The notes beneath the pieces were generated by a model. That model saw only the letters and a list, made by a program, of their open reading frames with translations. It made no database searches and had not been told where the DNA came from. The position numbers were made by a program, and so were the translations under genes. Source: Vicugna vicugna (taxonomy: Eukaryota). Taken from it: a DNA stretch of 64,000 nt. Location: positions 7,145,779 to 7,209,778 of the forward strand of contig MU058198.1 of NCBI GenBank assembly GCA_013265495.1, written 5' to 3'. This document shows positions 13,359 to 27,048 of the stretch, piece by piece (the first letter of the stretch is position 1; each line of letters starts with the position of its first letter).

Positions 13359-14039
13359 ATGTTTAGAGGGCTGGATTTACATCCTCTGCGTAGACATTTG
13401 AGTCCTGACTTGGCATGGAAGGAATTTTGACCCCTGAACACGGACTCCCACCACACCCCACCCCACCCCTTACTCACTAACTGACCTTTGCTCTGGCCCT
13501 GGCTGCTCTGTACCTGTCCCAGCTAATGACAGCCCTTTGGAAACAAACCCCAAAAGGCCTTCAGCACAAAATGGGGGTTTCACTTGGGGAAGGATGCACG
13601 GTGGAGTTTGTTGAGGACCCTGGGAAATGAGGGATGAACAGGTTCTCACCTCCAACTAAAGAAGTGGTAACAGTAGCCAGAGGTGAGAAGCAAAATACTT
13701 AGTAACCAGTCCAACATGGGCATCAACCGGGTGTGATACTCCAGCTGAATCTCAGACCCGATGCCAAATATCCTCAAATGTAAGATGCCATTGATTGTAA
13801 AACACACCTATCATAGCTCAAAAAGAAAACTGTCAAACTGTGACCAGTGCTTTCTTATCATTTGCAATTTCTAGTTTATACTTTTGGACTTATTTCCACA
13901 GAGACTGTTACTATGTTTTATCTACACGCTGCACGCACAGGCCACAATGGCTATGTGACAACAAATGCCCAGATGACAGTGACCATTATACACCATCCGT
14001 TAAAGGTGACTTCAGAGAAAAAGTGGGTCTTAGATGAAT

Positions 14040-14230
14040 GATGGTAATTTCTAACATTTACTGAGCACTTACTCTGTGTTAATTATCACCCAAAGAAATC
14101 CATGAGGTTGATCAGACCCATTTTACAGACGAGGAAACTGAGGTGAGCAGAGGTGAAGTCAATCCTTCAAGGTCACACAAGCAGCACGTGGCAGAGCTGG
14201 ATCTCAGCCCAGGCTAATGCCGAGAGTGTC
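14040..14230 (-). mobile_element. MIR SINE
   Basis: MIR core CCCATTTTACAGACGAGGAAACTGAGG...AAGGTCACACA. Confidence 0.75.
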
Positions 14231-14315
14231 CCGTCAGCCACGGTACTTCAAGATGTGAGACCTTGAGGGTCCCATGGAACCATGTTATCCCACTGCCAGT
14301 GTAGCCTCCTGGACT

Positions 14316-14837
<522 letters not shown>

Positions 14838-14997
14838 TTAATGACGAAACCAGGCATTGAAATGGCTTCTTTCATATTTGGTGAAACTCCATGATAGCAT
14901 CACTTTTGTGGGTCAAAAAAATAGCCAAATTCAGCAATATTTGGCATTTAGATCTAGTTCAACTGACTGAGAATATTAAGACTGAAAGGGGTCTCCA

Positions 14998-15086
14998 AGG
15001 GGGGGGAGGGAAATAGATCAGTGGTAGAGCACACGCTTAGAATGCACGAGGTCCTGGATTCAATCCCCAGTACTTCCATTAAAAAA
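14998..15086 (+). mobile_element. vic-1-type tRNA-derived SINE (short form)
   Basis: AATAGATCAGTGGTAGAGCACACGCTTAGAATGCACGAGGTCCTGGATTCAATCCCCAGTAC. Confidence 0.8.
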
Positions 15087-15101
15087 GAACGTTTTCACAG
15101 A

Positions 15102-15335
15102 GGGATGGATGGTTAAATTGGAAGTTTGGAAACTTGCAAATACTAACTACTATATATAAAATAGATAAACAACAGGGTCCTACTGTGTAGCACAGAGGAC
15201 TATGTTCAATACCTTGTAATAGCCTATAATGAAAAAGAATATGAAAAGGAATATATATATATATATATGTATAACTGAATCATTATGCTGTAACACAACA
15301 TTGTGAATAGACTATACTTCAATTTAAAAAAAAAA
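15102..15335 (+). mobile_element. Short LINE-1 3' fragment with target-site duplication
   Basis: L1 3'UTR motifs and poly-A, flanked by AAAGAAC(G/A)TTTTCACAGA ending at 15101 and 15351. Confidence 0.85.
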
Positions 15336-15560
15336 AGAACATTTTCACAGATGGAAAACAGGTCCAGGGAGTTAGAGTGACCTGCCCAAGGTCGTTGGGC
15401 CATCAACACTCGGCTCCCAATAATTTGTCCTTAGCTCCTGAACATCACACCTACCAGCAGAAGAACGTTGCCAAAGAAGCAAGTCCAACCCCTCATTTTA
15501 TAGATGGAACCACTGAGGGGTTGAGGAGTCTTGCATCCCCCAGCTTCCAGACCATCACTA

Positions 15561-16247
<687 letters not shown>

Positions 16248-16366
16248 TCAGGGGTGATTGTCAAAATATTTACCAACCAACTGAATTGAGCACTAGCCAA
16301 TCAGAGTGAAGATCTGGGGGTCTCAGGAGAGGGGCTAGGGCATGGAGAGGGCCTGGTGGGCTGGAC

Positions 16367-16552
16367 CAGGTTGCCAGATTGACCAAATTAAAATACAGGA
16401 CACCTAGTTAAATTTAAATTTCTGACAAACATCAAAAATTTTTTAGTATATATTCTAGGCCATGTTTAGAACATACTTGTCCTTAAAAATTATCTGTCAT
16501 CAATTATCTTAAATTCCAGCTTAATTGAGTGCCCTGTATTTTACCTGGTAAA
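16367..16552. mobile_element. MER53-like palindromic DNA transposon (MITE)
   Basis: GGTTGCCAGATT...AAAATACAGGACACCTAGTTAAATT at the left end, with inverted counterpart ...GTGCCCTGTATTTTACCTGGTAAAC at the right. Confidence 0.7.
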
Positions 16553-18589
16553 CGTAGTACTGGGTCAACAGCTATTCACTGACTAAAGGAGAAACGCACT
16601 GGCCTGAAAGTCACTCTGTAGGCTTTCCATCTGCCTTGCATAGAAAGGTCAGTTATTTATTAGCTGAAGCCCCAGAAGAATGTGAGCGGTGTCTCTTCCA
16701 TCCCAGTCGTCTCTAGCACCAAGGAAATTTAAAGCTGGAAGCTCAGCTTTTTACAGACAAGGAGACTGAGACCAGAGAGGAAAGGCAAGTCGGCTGAGGT
16801 CACACAGCAAACTGACAGCAGAATGAAACCAACCAAGTCTTGTGGCCATGGCCATCTGTCCCTCCGCCTTTGCCTTCTAGGTTGAAGACCCCTCCCTCAC
16901 CGGATGTTTAAAAAAAAAAAAGTCATCTCTAGAGGTGGGAGCTGTACAAGGAGGAAAGAGCACAGGGAAATTGGTTTGAGATCCTGCTCTGAGAGACACA
17001 GCTTCAGGAGTGGAAGCGAGTCCTTTGCCTGTAAAATGAATTATAGACAAGGTCCTGCCCGCCCGCCGGCGGCACTAATGCGCCTGTTGAAAGGTGACCG
17101 CAGAGACAGAGCTCAGGCACGGTGCAACATCGCCATCTGCCGGCCAAAGGAAGACCTGCAGCCTCATGGGCGGTTCCACAGACGGACTTAGCTTCCAGGG
17201 GGAGGGGGAGACAATTAGCTAGCAAATGTGAAGGGGTGGTCATTTTGTTTTGTTTCGTTTTCTTTTGTTTCCCCCACTTTTGCTCCAAGTTGAAGTTAAG
17301 GCCAAGCATTCTGGCTTACTCAACTCTCAGAAGCAGGCCCTCCTTGTCCAGCTGTTCTTCCCCCAAACCAAGCACCCAGTCTTCACCCCCACCCCCCACC
17401 CTCAGCCACAGACCTCAGTGACTGCACCTGACCCTCCTTCCCCACGTTCTCTCCCACAGCTGCCCAAGTGGCTTCCATTCCTCACTCAGAGCCATCTGTG
17501 CCCTGGCCAGGTGCTGGGAATAAAGTCAGTGAAAGCGACAAACAGCAGAGATCCAGAGGCCCCGCGCTCCATTCAGACCAGGTGCAGGGATGTTGGCTTT
17601 TTAAAGTGAATTTCAATCCTTCGACTGGTGAGTGTTGGATAAACAATCCGTGATGCATCTATACAATGGAATTCTGCTCGGCAATAAAAAGAGGAACCAA
17701 CTACTGATACGCACAATAGGCATGCATCTCAGAAGTAAAGAAGCCAGATTCAAAAGGCGACATGCTGTTTGAGTCCATCTATATGACTATATTCTAGAAA
17801 AGGCAAAAGAAAAGAAAAAGAATTAGCAACAGAGAATAGACCAGTGGTTGCCTAGGGGTGGGGGAGGGGCTGTCCATAAAGGGGCAGCGCCAAGTTTGGG
17901 GATGTGATTGAACTAATCTTATCCCTGACGGTAGCTACAATACTGATGTATTTGTCAAGACTCAGAACTTTACACCGAGAAGAGTAAATTTTACTGTCTG
18001 TGGTTCTACCTCATTAAACCTGACTTTAAAATCATACAATAAAAAAGGAAATTTGAGTGGATCACTCTCCTGCTTAAAAGCCCACTTTCATTGCAGTAGC
18101 ACCAGCCCTCTTGACTTCTCTTCATTTTTCATTTATTCTTTTGACAAATCCTTGTTGAGCACCAGCTCTGTGCCAGGTACTAATTGCTGGGTGAATGAGT
18201 GGGCAGCTCTTTCTCTGAGCTTTCAGGCCTTTGCCGATGCTGTTCCAAGGTGGCGCCTCTGCCTGTAAGTCCCTTCCCTCATCTTGGCCCCAAACTCCCC
18301 CTTCCCGTCTCACTCCTCTTCAGGTCTTCCCTTAGACATCACTTCCTGGGCAGGGGGGCTCTCACAGGCCTCCTACATCAGGTCCCATGCTCACTCGGCT
18401 CCTTGTTTGTCCCCTACCGTCATTGTCTGCTGGTGTTTTCTCTCTGGGGCCAAGACATCCGCTGAGTTTTCTGCTGTATCCCAAATTCTTAGCACACTGA
18501 ACCAGACAAATGTGCTGCTTGTATGGGTCAAAAACGGTCAACTACTGGCAACTTCATATTGTTTAGCTTAATACTAAGGGTTTGTTTGT

Positions 18590-18720
18590 TTGTTGTGGGG
18601 GAGGGGAGGTAATTCGGTTTATTTATTTATCTATTTATTTTAATAGAGGTACTGCGGATTGAACCCAGAACCTCATGCATGCTAAGCACATGCTCTGCCA
18701 CTAAGCTATCCCCCTCCCCA
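18590..18720 (-). mobile_element. vic-1-type tRNA-derived SINE
   Basis: Minus strand GGGGATAGCTTAGTGGCAGAGCATGTGCTTAGCATGCATGAGGTTCTGGGTTCAATCC... Confidence 0.85.
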
Positions 18721-21267
18721 GGATTTGATGATACTTATCCAAGCAGAGAGGCCACACAGTGGAAAGAATCAGAACCCAGACTCTGTGTCAACTGGGCCTG
18801 GGTTCCAATACTGCGTCTGGCAGCCTTCAGCTAAGTGATCTTGGGCAAGTGATTCAACCTTTTGGGGGCCTACAGTTCCTCAGCTGTAATGGAGATAGTA
18901 ACACGAATCACCTCACAGGCCTCTCACAAAAATTAAGGGAGTTAATATTTGCAAAGCCATCAGGAACACCGGCACATAGTAGATGTTTGCTGATGGAATG
19001 ACCGAAGCATTTACCAAGCGTCATAGGAGCGAGGAGGAAAAAATGACTAAATGTCCCTGAGGAAGGGGGTCATTTTAGTGGCCTTGAAGGATGAGTAATG
19101 TTTGCCAGATAGAGGTGGGGTCTGGGGTGGGGAGGAGGGCAGGCAAGACATTTCAGGCTGAAAGAGCAAGTGTTCAAGGTTCCAATGCAAGAAGAGAGAG
19201 AGAGAGGAGGTGAGGGAGGGCTGAGTAAGATTCATGAGAGAAATGTCAGAGGTGAAGACCAGAGTGAAAAAAAAAAGACTAAACCCATTAGCTGAGGAAT
19301 TTGGACTGATCCCAGGAGCCATCACAGAATTTTAAGCAAGGGAATCATATGATTATGATTTTGTTCTAGAAAGGTCACTTCAGCTACCAACTGGAGATGA
19401 GCTGGGAGGCCACAGAAGGCTGGGGCAATCAGCCAGACAAAAAATGATAAAGCCCTGAATTTGGCCAGAAACCACAGGAAAAGAGAGCAGGGGCAAATGG
19501 AAGAGTTGTTTCTGAGGTAGAATCTTCTGGAATTAGCAGCTAATGAGGCGTGGAAGCCTTGGGTTTCTGTCCTGGGTAGCTGAAAACTGGCACAAAGAAT
19601 TGTTCGGGGAAGAGTAAGTTGGGGTGGAGGATGGGTACCACGGAAGTCAGCAACCCACAAGGCCTGAGCACCTGTGGTGGGCCCACCCTGGGCACCACAG
19701 TTCTCTGGCTCCTGGGTCAGAAACTCATCACAGGGGGTCATTCCCATTTTACAAGTAACAGAAGCCGGGTCGGGGGTTGGGGGGTGGGGTGGGGTCCTTG
19801 TGTCGCCCCCTGGTGACAGCGCTTATAAGCGGCAGAGCTGGGGAAAAAGAATGGTTTTGCAGATGTTGAGGTCGAGATGCCAGCAGGAAGCATGGGTGGT
19901 CGTGTCCAGATGGCAGGTAGAAGAAGGGTTCTGGAGTTTAGAAGAGAACTGGGGGTGAAGAATGGAGAACTGGGAGCCGCCCTCATGTGTGGACGGCGGC
20001 TGAGTGGGTAACTTCACCAAGACAGGGTGAAAGAGGAGGGCTGTGGGAAACAGCAGACTTTACAGGACACACAGAGGTGTGGTTGTGAAAACAGAAGCCC
20101 CAACAGGAGGGAGCGGGTGTCTAGAAGGAGGAAAGTGTTGCTCATCGGGTTGTGAGCAGAAGCAGGTTGAAGGAAGGTTGAGAGTGGGCACTGCACTTAG
20201 CCCCTGGGGCCCATTGCCAGGGCAGTCTGAGTGCCCAGCAGTGCGGGCAGGAGCCCCACTGTCATGGTGAAGGAGTAGATGGGAGGCGAGGAAGTGGTGG
20301 CAGTGGGTGTGGACTGCGCCTCTGGGCAGAAGTTGGGAAAGCGGAGCCCTCCGCCTGGGCTGCACATTGGAATCACCTGGGGAGCTTGTCAGACTGCTGC
20401 TCAGACCCATTCCAACCGAACCAGAATCTTTCGGGAGCAGTTCCCACACATCTAGGTTTTGGAAAAGCTCCCCCTAGGATTAGATGCACAGAACAGTTAA
20501 GAACCAGTGCTCACCCAAGACCACATATTTTATACCTCCGTTTATATGTAACATCCAGAAAAGGCAAACTGAGAGAAACAGACATCAGAATAGTGGTTGT
20601 TTGGCGCTGGAAACAGCGTGGAATCTTACTGGGGTAATGAAAATGGTCTATGGTGATGGCGGCATAACTCGGTGAATTTACTAAAAAGCTTTGAATTGTC
20701 CACTTTAACAAACAAACAAGAACCAATGCTCTGCCAAAAGGCGGGAACCATTTTGCAAGACCCAGTGGATTCACGTATTGGATCAAAGGCCAACATGGAG
20801 AAGAAAGATAACCAGACACTGGGTGCTCCTGATGGGATAACACACCCCTACCCATGCAATACTCTTGCCGAAACAGCTGAACCAAAGTCAGATCCGACTT
20901 TTAGGCTTTTTTTTATATATATCAATTTACAAGAAAACCAGGACAGAGGAACATGTCAAACTACACCACGGGGATAAAACCAGCAAAATTCAGACCGTAG
21001 GAAACTCTACAGAAGATAACCTACTTTCTTTAACATATACGTTGCCAAGAAAACAAAAGATTAAAAGAATCTTAAAACACATCCCAACCAGTCACAATGT
21101 ATGGATCTCATTTGGATCCTACTTTAAACAAACAAACTGAAACCAAACTAGCACATTTACGAAACAACTGAAAATCTGAACACTGACTGGGTATTTGGTA
21201 ACGTTAAGGAAATTTGTTCAAAGTTGGTACAGCCTCCATTTTAAAACAAAGTTAATTAAAAAAAGAA

Positions 21268-21352
21268 GGGGTGAGTATAGCTCAGTGGTAGAGCACATGC
21301 TTATATGCATGAGGTCCTGGGTTCAATCCCCTGTACCTCCATTAAAAAAAAA
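21268..21352 (+). mobile_element. vic-1-type tRNA-derived SINE within an old L1 relic
   Basis: GTATAGCTCAGTGGTAGAGCACATGCTTATATGCATGAGGTCCTGGGTTCAATCCCC followed by poly-A. Confidence 0.85.
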
Positions 21353-23689
21353 GTTAATAAAGTTGGTTATGGTTGTAATAAAAAGAAAAGTCCTTATCTT
21401 TTAATAATAATTTAAAATAATAAAATACTGAGATGTTTATGTATGAAAAAGGTTTAAGGGCTGTTTTTACTTTAAGGTAGTGCTGGAAGGCAGACATTAG
21501 AAAGAGCATGGATGGGCATGGACCGGCCAAAGCTGCTGGTTGTTGAGACTGGGTGATGGGTACATGAGGGTCCATCACACTTTTCTCTCTACTTCTTGAA
21601 ATTCCCTAAAATAAAGAAGAAGTAAAATAAGTAGATAAATAAGGAAAGGAGAGAGAGGGCCCTTGCTTAAGACAGTGTTAAGGAGTTTTTGCAGGATGAG
21701 TAAAGCAGTGATTTGCAACCCCAGTTACACAATGAGATTATCTGGGGGGCTTCGCCAAATGCTCCTGTCTGGGCCCCACCCCCAGAGATTCTGCTATAAC
21801 TGGTCTGGAATGTGGTAACGTACTTCTAATTTGTAGCAGGGCTGAGAGCCCCAGGAAGCAAATAGCAGCACCTACACGATGCAGGGTACTTGCTGTATGT
21901 TGTCACAGTCCTGCCTGCCCTTCTTCAGCATAGAGATCATTTGGAGACAGAGAACTGAGGCTCAGAAATACAAAGGGAAATTATCTAAAGAGCAGAGCTA
22001 GAAGATGATCAGCGTGGACCTGGCCTTCCCTCTCCACAGAGGGTAATTTTAGAACCACACTGCCTCCACCAGCACGGGTTTCTCTTTTGCCTCCTTATTC
22101 ACGATCAGCTGTTCTGATCGCCTCTTGTAGACATAGAGTGTTATAGACTCCATGTTCCGTTTGTGAAAAATAAATAAACACGTCTGGTTTTCTTTAGGCC
22201 CCAACTCTCTTATGCATTTCCAACAAAAAGGGATTCCTGCGGGGTGGCTTTGAAAATAAAGGCTCTCCTAATTAGCAGCTGATGCCCGTGGGAGGGCTGT
22301 TTTTGCAGCTGCTGGAGGAGGAACCGCTGCACAGCGGAAACAGCTGTAACACCCTGTCCCCTTTTATCCTTGCAGTTGTTATTTGTAAAAATTCGCTCAG
22401 ATGCCTGGACTTCAGAGACGATAGTTCTATCCGGTGGGGGTGTAACTTTGATCTCTCTAGGCAATACTTTCTTCATTGGTGACCCCAGAATTTTATTAAA
22501 ATTGGCATCTTTGTTTCTGACAGCATCCAAAGCATCATGGGAAATGCCCTGCACTTCTCTCTTCACAAAGAATGGAAAAAGATACAGATAAACTGAAGAC
22601 TCTGGCAGAATATTTGAAGATTCTCCCCCACTGGCACTTTGGCTGTTCTTGCCTGGGTTGTTGACTGATTTTTTTTACCCTGTTTCCATGTTGCCCCTAT
22701 GAGGCAGTGTCTCCGGAGGGACAAATACCAGGAGGGACAGGACCAAAATCAGAACTTCCATCCCTCCATCTTTCCTTTAGTGGTTTAATAAACACGTGTT
22801 CATGCCTTTGATGGATGTGAGAGAGGTGACTAGGCAGGCTTACTGACCCTGGCTGATTAACAACAACGGAAAGAAAGTGCCAGGCTGTTAAAACAAAAAA
22901 GAAAGGCGTTTCTCTTATCCCACGACCGGCACCTTGATTCCAAGGACACAGCCTTACAACAAGACATTTTATGTTCCACAACCGCTGCATCAATCCCAAG
23001 GACATACCCCAGTATCTCTTTTTTTGTTCTCTCTCTTCTCACCCAAGTTTCTGTTTTCGAGCTGAGCTACAGGGGAGGAAAGAGCCCGTGACAGATGATT
23101 GGCACCAACCAGAATGAAGATAACCAGGGCAGAGCCGTCCAGTAAAAGACCCCGGGGCCAGTCAGGGGCTGGAGCTGTCTCAACCTGGCTGACAGCTCCT
23201 CACTCAAGTGTTTTCATTTTTGCTTTTTTTCCTTCTCTCTCTGAACAATAAAGCAGATCTTTTTTTTTCACTCTGTCCCTCTGCCTCTACTGAGCATTCT
23301 TTCTTAATTGGTGAGCAAGGACCCATTGTGGGGGTGGGAGTGGGGTTGCCACAAATTTGGTGGTCTTTCCAATTTGGGGTCCCTCTATCCTTTGTGCCTT
23401 TGGGCACAATGGCAGGGTCTGCAAATGCACCTAAAACAAATATCACAAGTTTCTGTTCTTAATTTGATGTGTAACCATGGGGCCTGTGCTGGCAGCAACA
23501 GTGATGTTATACAAGGCTGAAAAAGCGCAGCTAAAACCAGGTAATGATGGTTTTCCCCAATTTACAGGGAAAAAAATTAACTTAAATAGATAGATGTTGT
23601 CAGTTTTAAAGATGATGCATTTATAAGTTTTTCTTAAAACTCTGGTGCCTGGTACCACTTGTCTGTCATCGAATCTGGCATGACATCAT

Positions 23690-23920
23690 GTGTAATAATA
23701 ACAGTGAGCATTTCATGGTCCTTCCCAAGCACTGTTCCAAACCTGTTATATGTATTAACACATTTAATCCTCACAACAACCCTATGAGGTTGGTACTCTT
23801 ATTATTCCCATTTTACAGATAAGGAAACCGAGACATTAAGAAGGCAAGTAACTTGCCCAAAGTTCACACAGCTGGGAAATATGGAGTCAGGCTCATAAGC
23901 CTAGGCAGCCTGGCCCCAGA
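23690..23920 (-). mobile_element. MIR SINE
   Basis: TTTAATCCTCACAACAACCCTATGAGGT...CCCATTTTACAGATAAGGAAAC...ACTTGCCCAA core. Confidence 0.85.
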
Positions 23921-25982
23921 CTTCCCTCACTTACCTCACCTCACCCCACTGAGCACTAAATTATGTTTTAAATTATTTTTAAATATCAGTATTCAAAGAG
24001 TTCTGCAAGCCACACCCAGGCTTCCAGAGCTCTGTCCCTGGGGGGTCAGAAATGCCTGGTCTGAACCCCAGCTCCATCACCTACATGCTGGGTGACTGTA
24101 GGCAATTCCCTAACCTCTCTGAGTCAGATGCACAAGGAAATCACAGGGCTGCAGTGAGGAGGAAACGAGGCGATTCACGTAAAGTGCCTGAGCCAATGCC
24201 CGGCCAGATGCCTTTGAACCCAGGCAGCTTTGTTTTCCCATCAATTTATTTGTTGATCCATTTGGCAAACAGCAGATGGAGACAGAGGCTGGTTTCGCCT
24301 CACAGCTTCTATATAAATGTTCTTTTCCTCTTCTCTTCTGAGAGAAGAGAAATAACCTCTAAATAGAGCCAAATGTGATTGCCCATCATGCAAGTGGTAA
24401 AATGATCTACAGGGTTTCAGAGCGAGGAGAGATGGCTTGTCGTTAAGATATAAGAGCAATAAGAGAAGGCTCAGAAAGGTTGGCTCTGAGAATAAGTTGG
24501 TGTTGGACTGAGAGGAAGGCCTGGCAAGCAAAGAGAATGGGAGAGAGCAAAGGCCGGGCAGTGGGAGGCATGCCGGGGCATCTGGAGGAGAAAGGGCGGG
24601 ATCACGCGCACGTGGACAGTAGCAAGAGTGAGGGCTGAGTGGTAGGGCGCTGCCAGACCGAAAAGGACTTAAGTGACAGGAAACAGGGTCTTGTACAAGA
24701 GGCAATGGGAAATCCATAAAACTTTTGATCAGAGGTCACATGATCCAAGATGGACTTTGAAGTTTCACTGTTTAAATTTTGCCTAGGGCTCTTGAAAGAT
24801 GTAAGTTGGGAGACTGTTGCAACATCCTGGACAGGGAAGCAGGGAGGCGGGGTAAAGTGTAAGTGAGGAGAAAGGGGGCTGCCAACTGCTTCCCACCCTG
24901 CAGACCTCCTGCTTTGGTTCAGCCCCATCCCCTCACACCTTGGCCACTAGCCTGCCATCTGCTTCTGCCCCTGCTCTATCCTGGTCCCTCCTCTCCCCCG
25001 CCTGTGACCACCCCCTTGACTCGACTACTCCCTCCTGGCTTAATGCCTGCAGGTCAGTGATCCCAGGGCTAACTCTTCTGGTTTGGCCCAGAGTTAAACA
25101 GTCATAACACGAATGAAGGCCTCCAGGCAAAGGAAGCCTCCCCCAGAGGGAGGAGGGTCCAGAAAGAGAAGAGACTCAGGTGACTCCATGGAAGTAAATC
25201 CACAGGACACAGCAACTGTCTGGATATTGGGGTTCAAGGGAGAGTGAATAATCAAGGGAGACCTCGAAGTTTCCAGTCCAATAGGAAGACAGTGAGGCAT
25301 GAACAGAAATGGAGCTGGTGTAGGGGGAAGACTTTGAGTCTGACATGGCAGAGAGGTATCCAAGTGGAGATGGATGCACACGCCTTCCAAAAATGGACCT
25401 GGAATCTGGGGAGGGCTCAGAGCTGGAGAGGTGGACCTGAGGAACCAACACCGTCACCAACTTAACTACACCGAGTGATTTCTGTGCCAGGCACTGGTAT
25501 CTTATTTAATCCTCACTGCAACCCAAGACACTGTTTTCACTTTATCAGTGAGGAAAAACACAGTGAGGGAATAAGCATCTTGTCCAAAGTCACACAATTA
25601 GCAGATGGCAGGGATGGGACTTGAACCCAGGCTCAGACTCTGAGATCATTTCTAAACCAAGAACCCATTTGGACTCCCAAGAGCTGGTTCCACAGCCACG
25701 CCAGAGGGGCAGGGTGCGTGGAGCCAGTGGAAGCCCCAGATTCGGGCAGGGAGGTCAGAGCTAGGGAAGAAGCTCAGGAAGGGGACCGTGAAACTAGCAG
25801 GAGCCCTCCATGCTTTTTGTCATTTGTCCTCCCCACCCCTAGACTGGTGAGCAGGGAACTATAACTGTCACTTTGCAGAGGCTAGGGAATGAGGCACCGA
25901 GAAGTCAGGCGACTTGCTCAAGGTCGCACAGCCTGTTTCAGGTAGAGCCCGGATTCAAACAGGGGCCGTTTGACTCCAGAGC

Positions 25983-26101
25983 CTGGCCGCTATCATCCTG
26001 CATACAGCCTCCGTGACAACACGTGGAGGAGCAGAGGCGCGAGAATCACAGGAATCACAGGACTCGGGCCCCCTTCCCCCACCTCGCGGCGGATAGATCA
26101 G
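25983..26101 (+). repeat. 119-bp local duplication, copy A (QPRT intron 1)
   Basis: Ungapped manual alignment to 28386-28504 gives about 108/119 identities. Confidence 0.9.
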
Positions 26102-26149
26102 GACTTTGCCTCGCTCCCTCCAGAGCTGCTAGTGACTGGGCAAAGTCCA
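26099..26149. promoter_or_regulatory. Inverted pair of HNF4-type (CAAAGTCC) sites in QPRT intron 1
   Basis: GGACTTTGCC (26101-26110) and GGCAAAGTCCA (26139-26149). The second contains the HNF4-specific CAAAGTCCA motif. Confidence 0.55.
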
Positions 26150-26511
26150 CAGCTGCTGCTGCTCCAGCCTCCCACTACCCGGCCCCTTGAGCCCCCAGGA
26201 GACGCAGCCTACTCCAGGCCACTCTGACGTTTCCAGGGGTTCAAGCCCCTTTCTTCCCCAAGGCTCACTTGGGGACCTGATGTACAAGGAGAAAAAAATG
26301 TGAGAATAGGCCTTTGGAGGGAAAAAGAAGAGCTTGGGTTCAGAGAGATTGGAGAGAGATGGGGGAGGTAAGAGAGTAGATGGGGACCAGAGAAGATTTG
26401 ATCTTGGGGTAGGGGAGCTGGGGAAGGAGATCTGTCGGGATGGGGGATGGGCCGGAGAGGGGCGGATAGTGGTGCAGGGACCTGGGAGAGAGGTCTTGGA
26501 GGCTCCTTTAC

Positions 26512-26524
26512 CTTCAGGGTCCAT
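26512..26524 (-). CDS. QPRT: Quinolinate phosphoribosyltransferase, coding part of exon 1 (MDPE + G)
   Basis: GCTGTCATGGACCCTGAAG|GTAAAG with a good Kozak context. Phase 1 matches exon 2. The recalled human start is MDAEG. Confidence 0.9.
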
Positions 26525-26853
26525 GACAGCTTGGAGCTGCCCGACTGGTGTGTCCGCTGCTCGATCTAGCGTTTGGAGAGGCTGGAGGCTGGGGTGGGGG
26601 GTGGGGCTGCCAGAGGGATAGGAGGGAGGGGCCGGCCTGACCAGCCCCTTCAGCCCTTCCCTGGTTCTCTGGCGCTCCCTCCTGCCTCCAGGACTCTCAG
26701 TCATATGACTCAGAAGTCCTCTCCTCTCCGAGTGGAGGCCCTGTTTTCTTTCTACACCCAGCCTTCTATAGCCCTGCCCCAGGGTGGGCTCCCTGTGAGG
26801 ACTGGAAAGCCTTTCTGATGGTGACCTGGGAAAATCCTACTTTCGCCCTTCTT

Positions 26854-26941
26854 ATTTTTTATTATTTTTTTTACTGAAGTAGCGTTGATTTACAATGTTG
26901 TATAAGTTTCTGGTGTACAGCATAGTGATTCGGTCATAGGT
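26854..26941 (-). mobile_element. Extreme 3' end of LINE-1 fused to the U6 copy (U6-L1 chimera)
   Basis: Minus strand GAATCACTATGCTGTACACCAGAAACTTATACAACATTGTAAATCAAC...poly-A follows the U6 T-tract directly. Confidence 0.85.
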
Positions 26942-27048
26942 AAAAATATGGACCGCTTCACGCATTTGCTTGTCAGGCCTTGCTCAGGGCCATGCTAATC
27001 TTCTCTGTACCGGTCCAATTTTAGTGTAGGTGTTGCTGAAGCGAACAC
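26942..27048 (-). pseudogene. RNU6: Full-length diverged U6 snRNA retropseudogene
   Basis: Minus strand GTGTTCGCTTCAGCAACACCTACACTAAAATTGGACCGGTACAGAGAAGATTAGCATGGCCCTGAGCAAGGCCTGACAAGCAAATGCGTGAAGCGGTCCATATTTTT matches U6 end to end. The ACAGAGA box is intact but there are many substitutions. Confidence 0.93.

Noticed and set aside
26942..27048. Functional U6 snRNA gene
   Set aside because: Many substitutions, fusion to an L1 tail and a TSD all indicate a retrocopy. I saw no evident PSE/TATA upstream.
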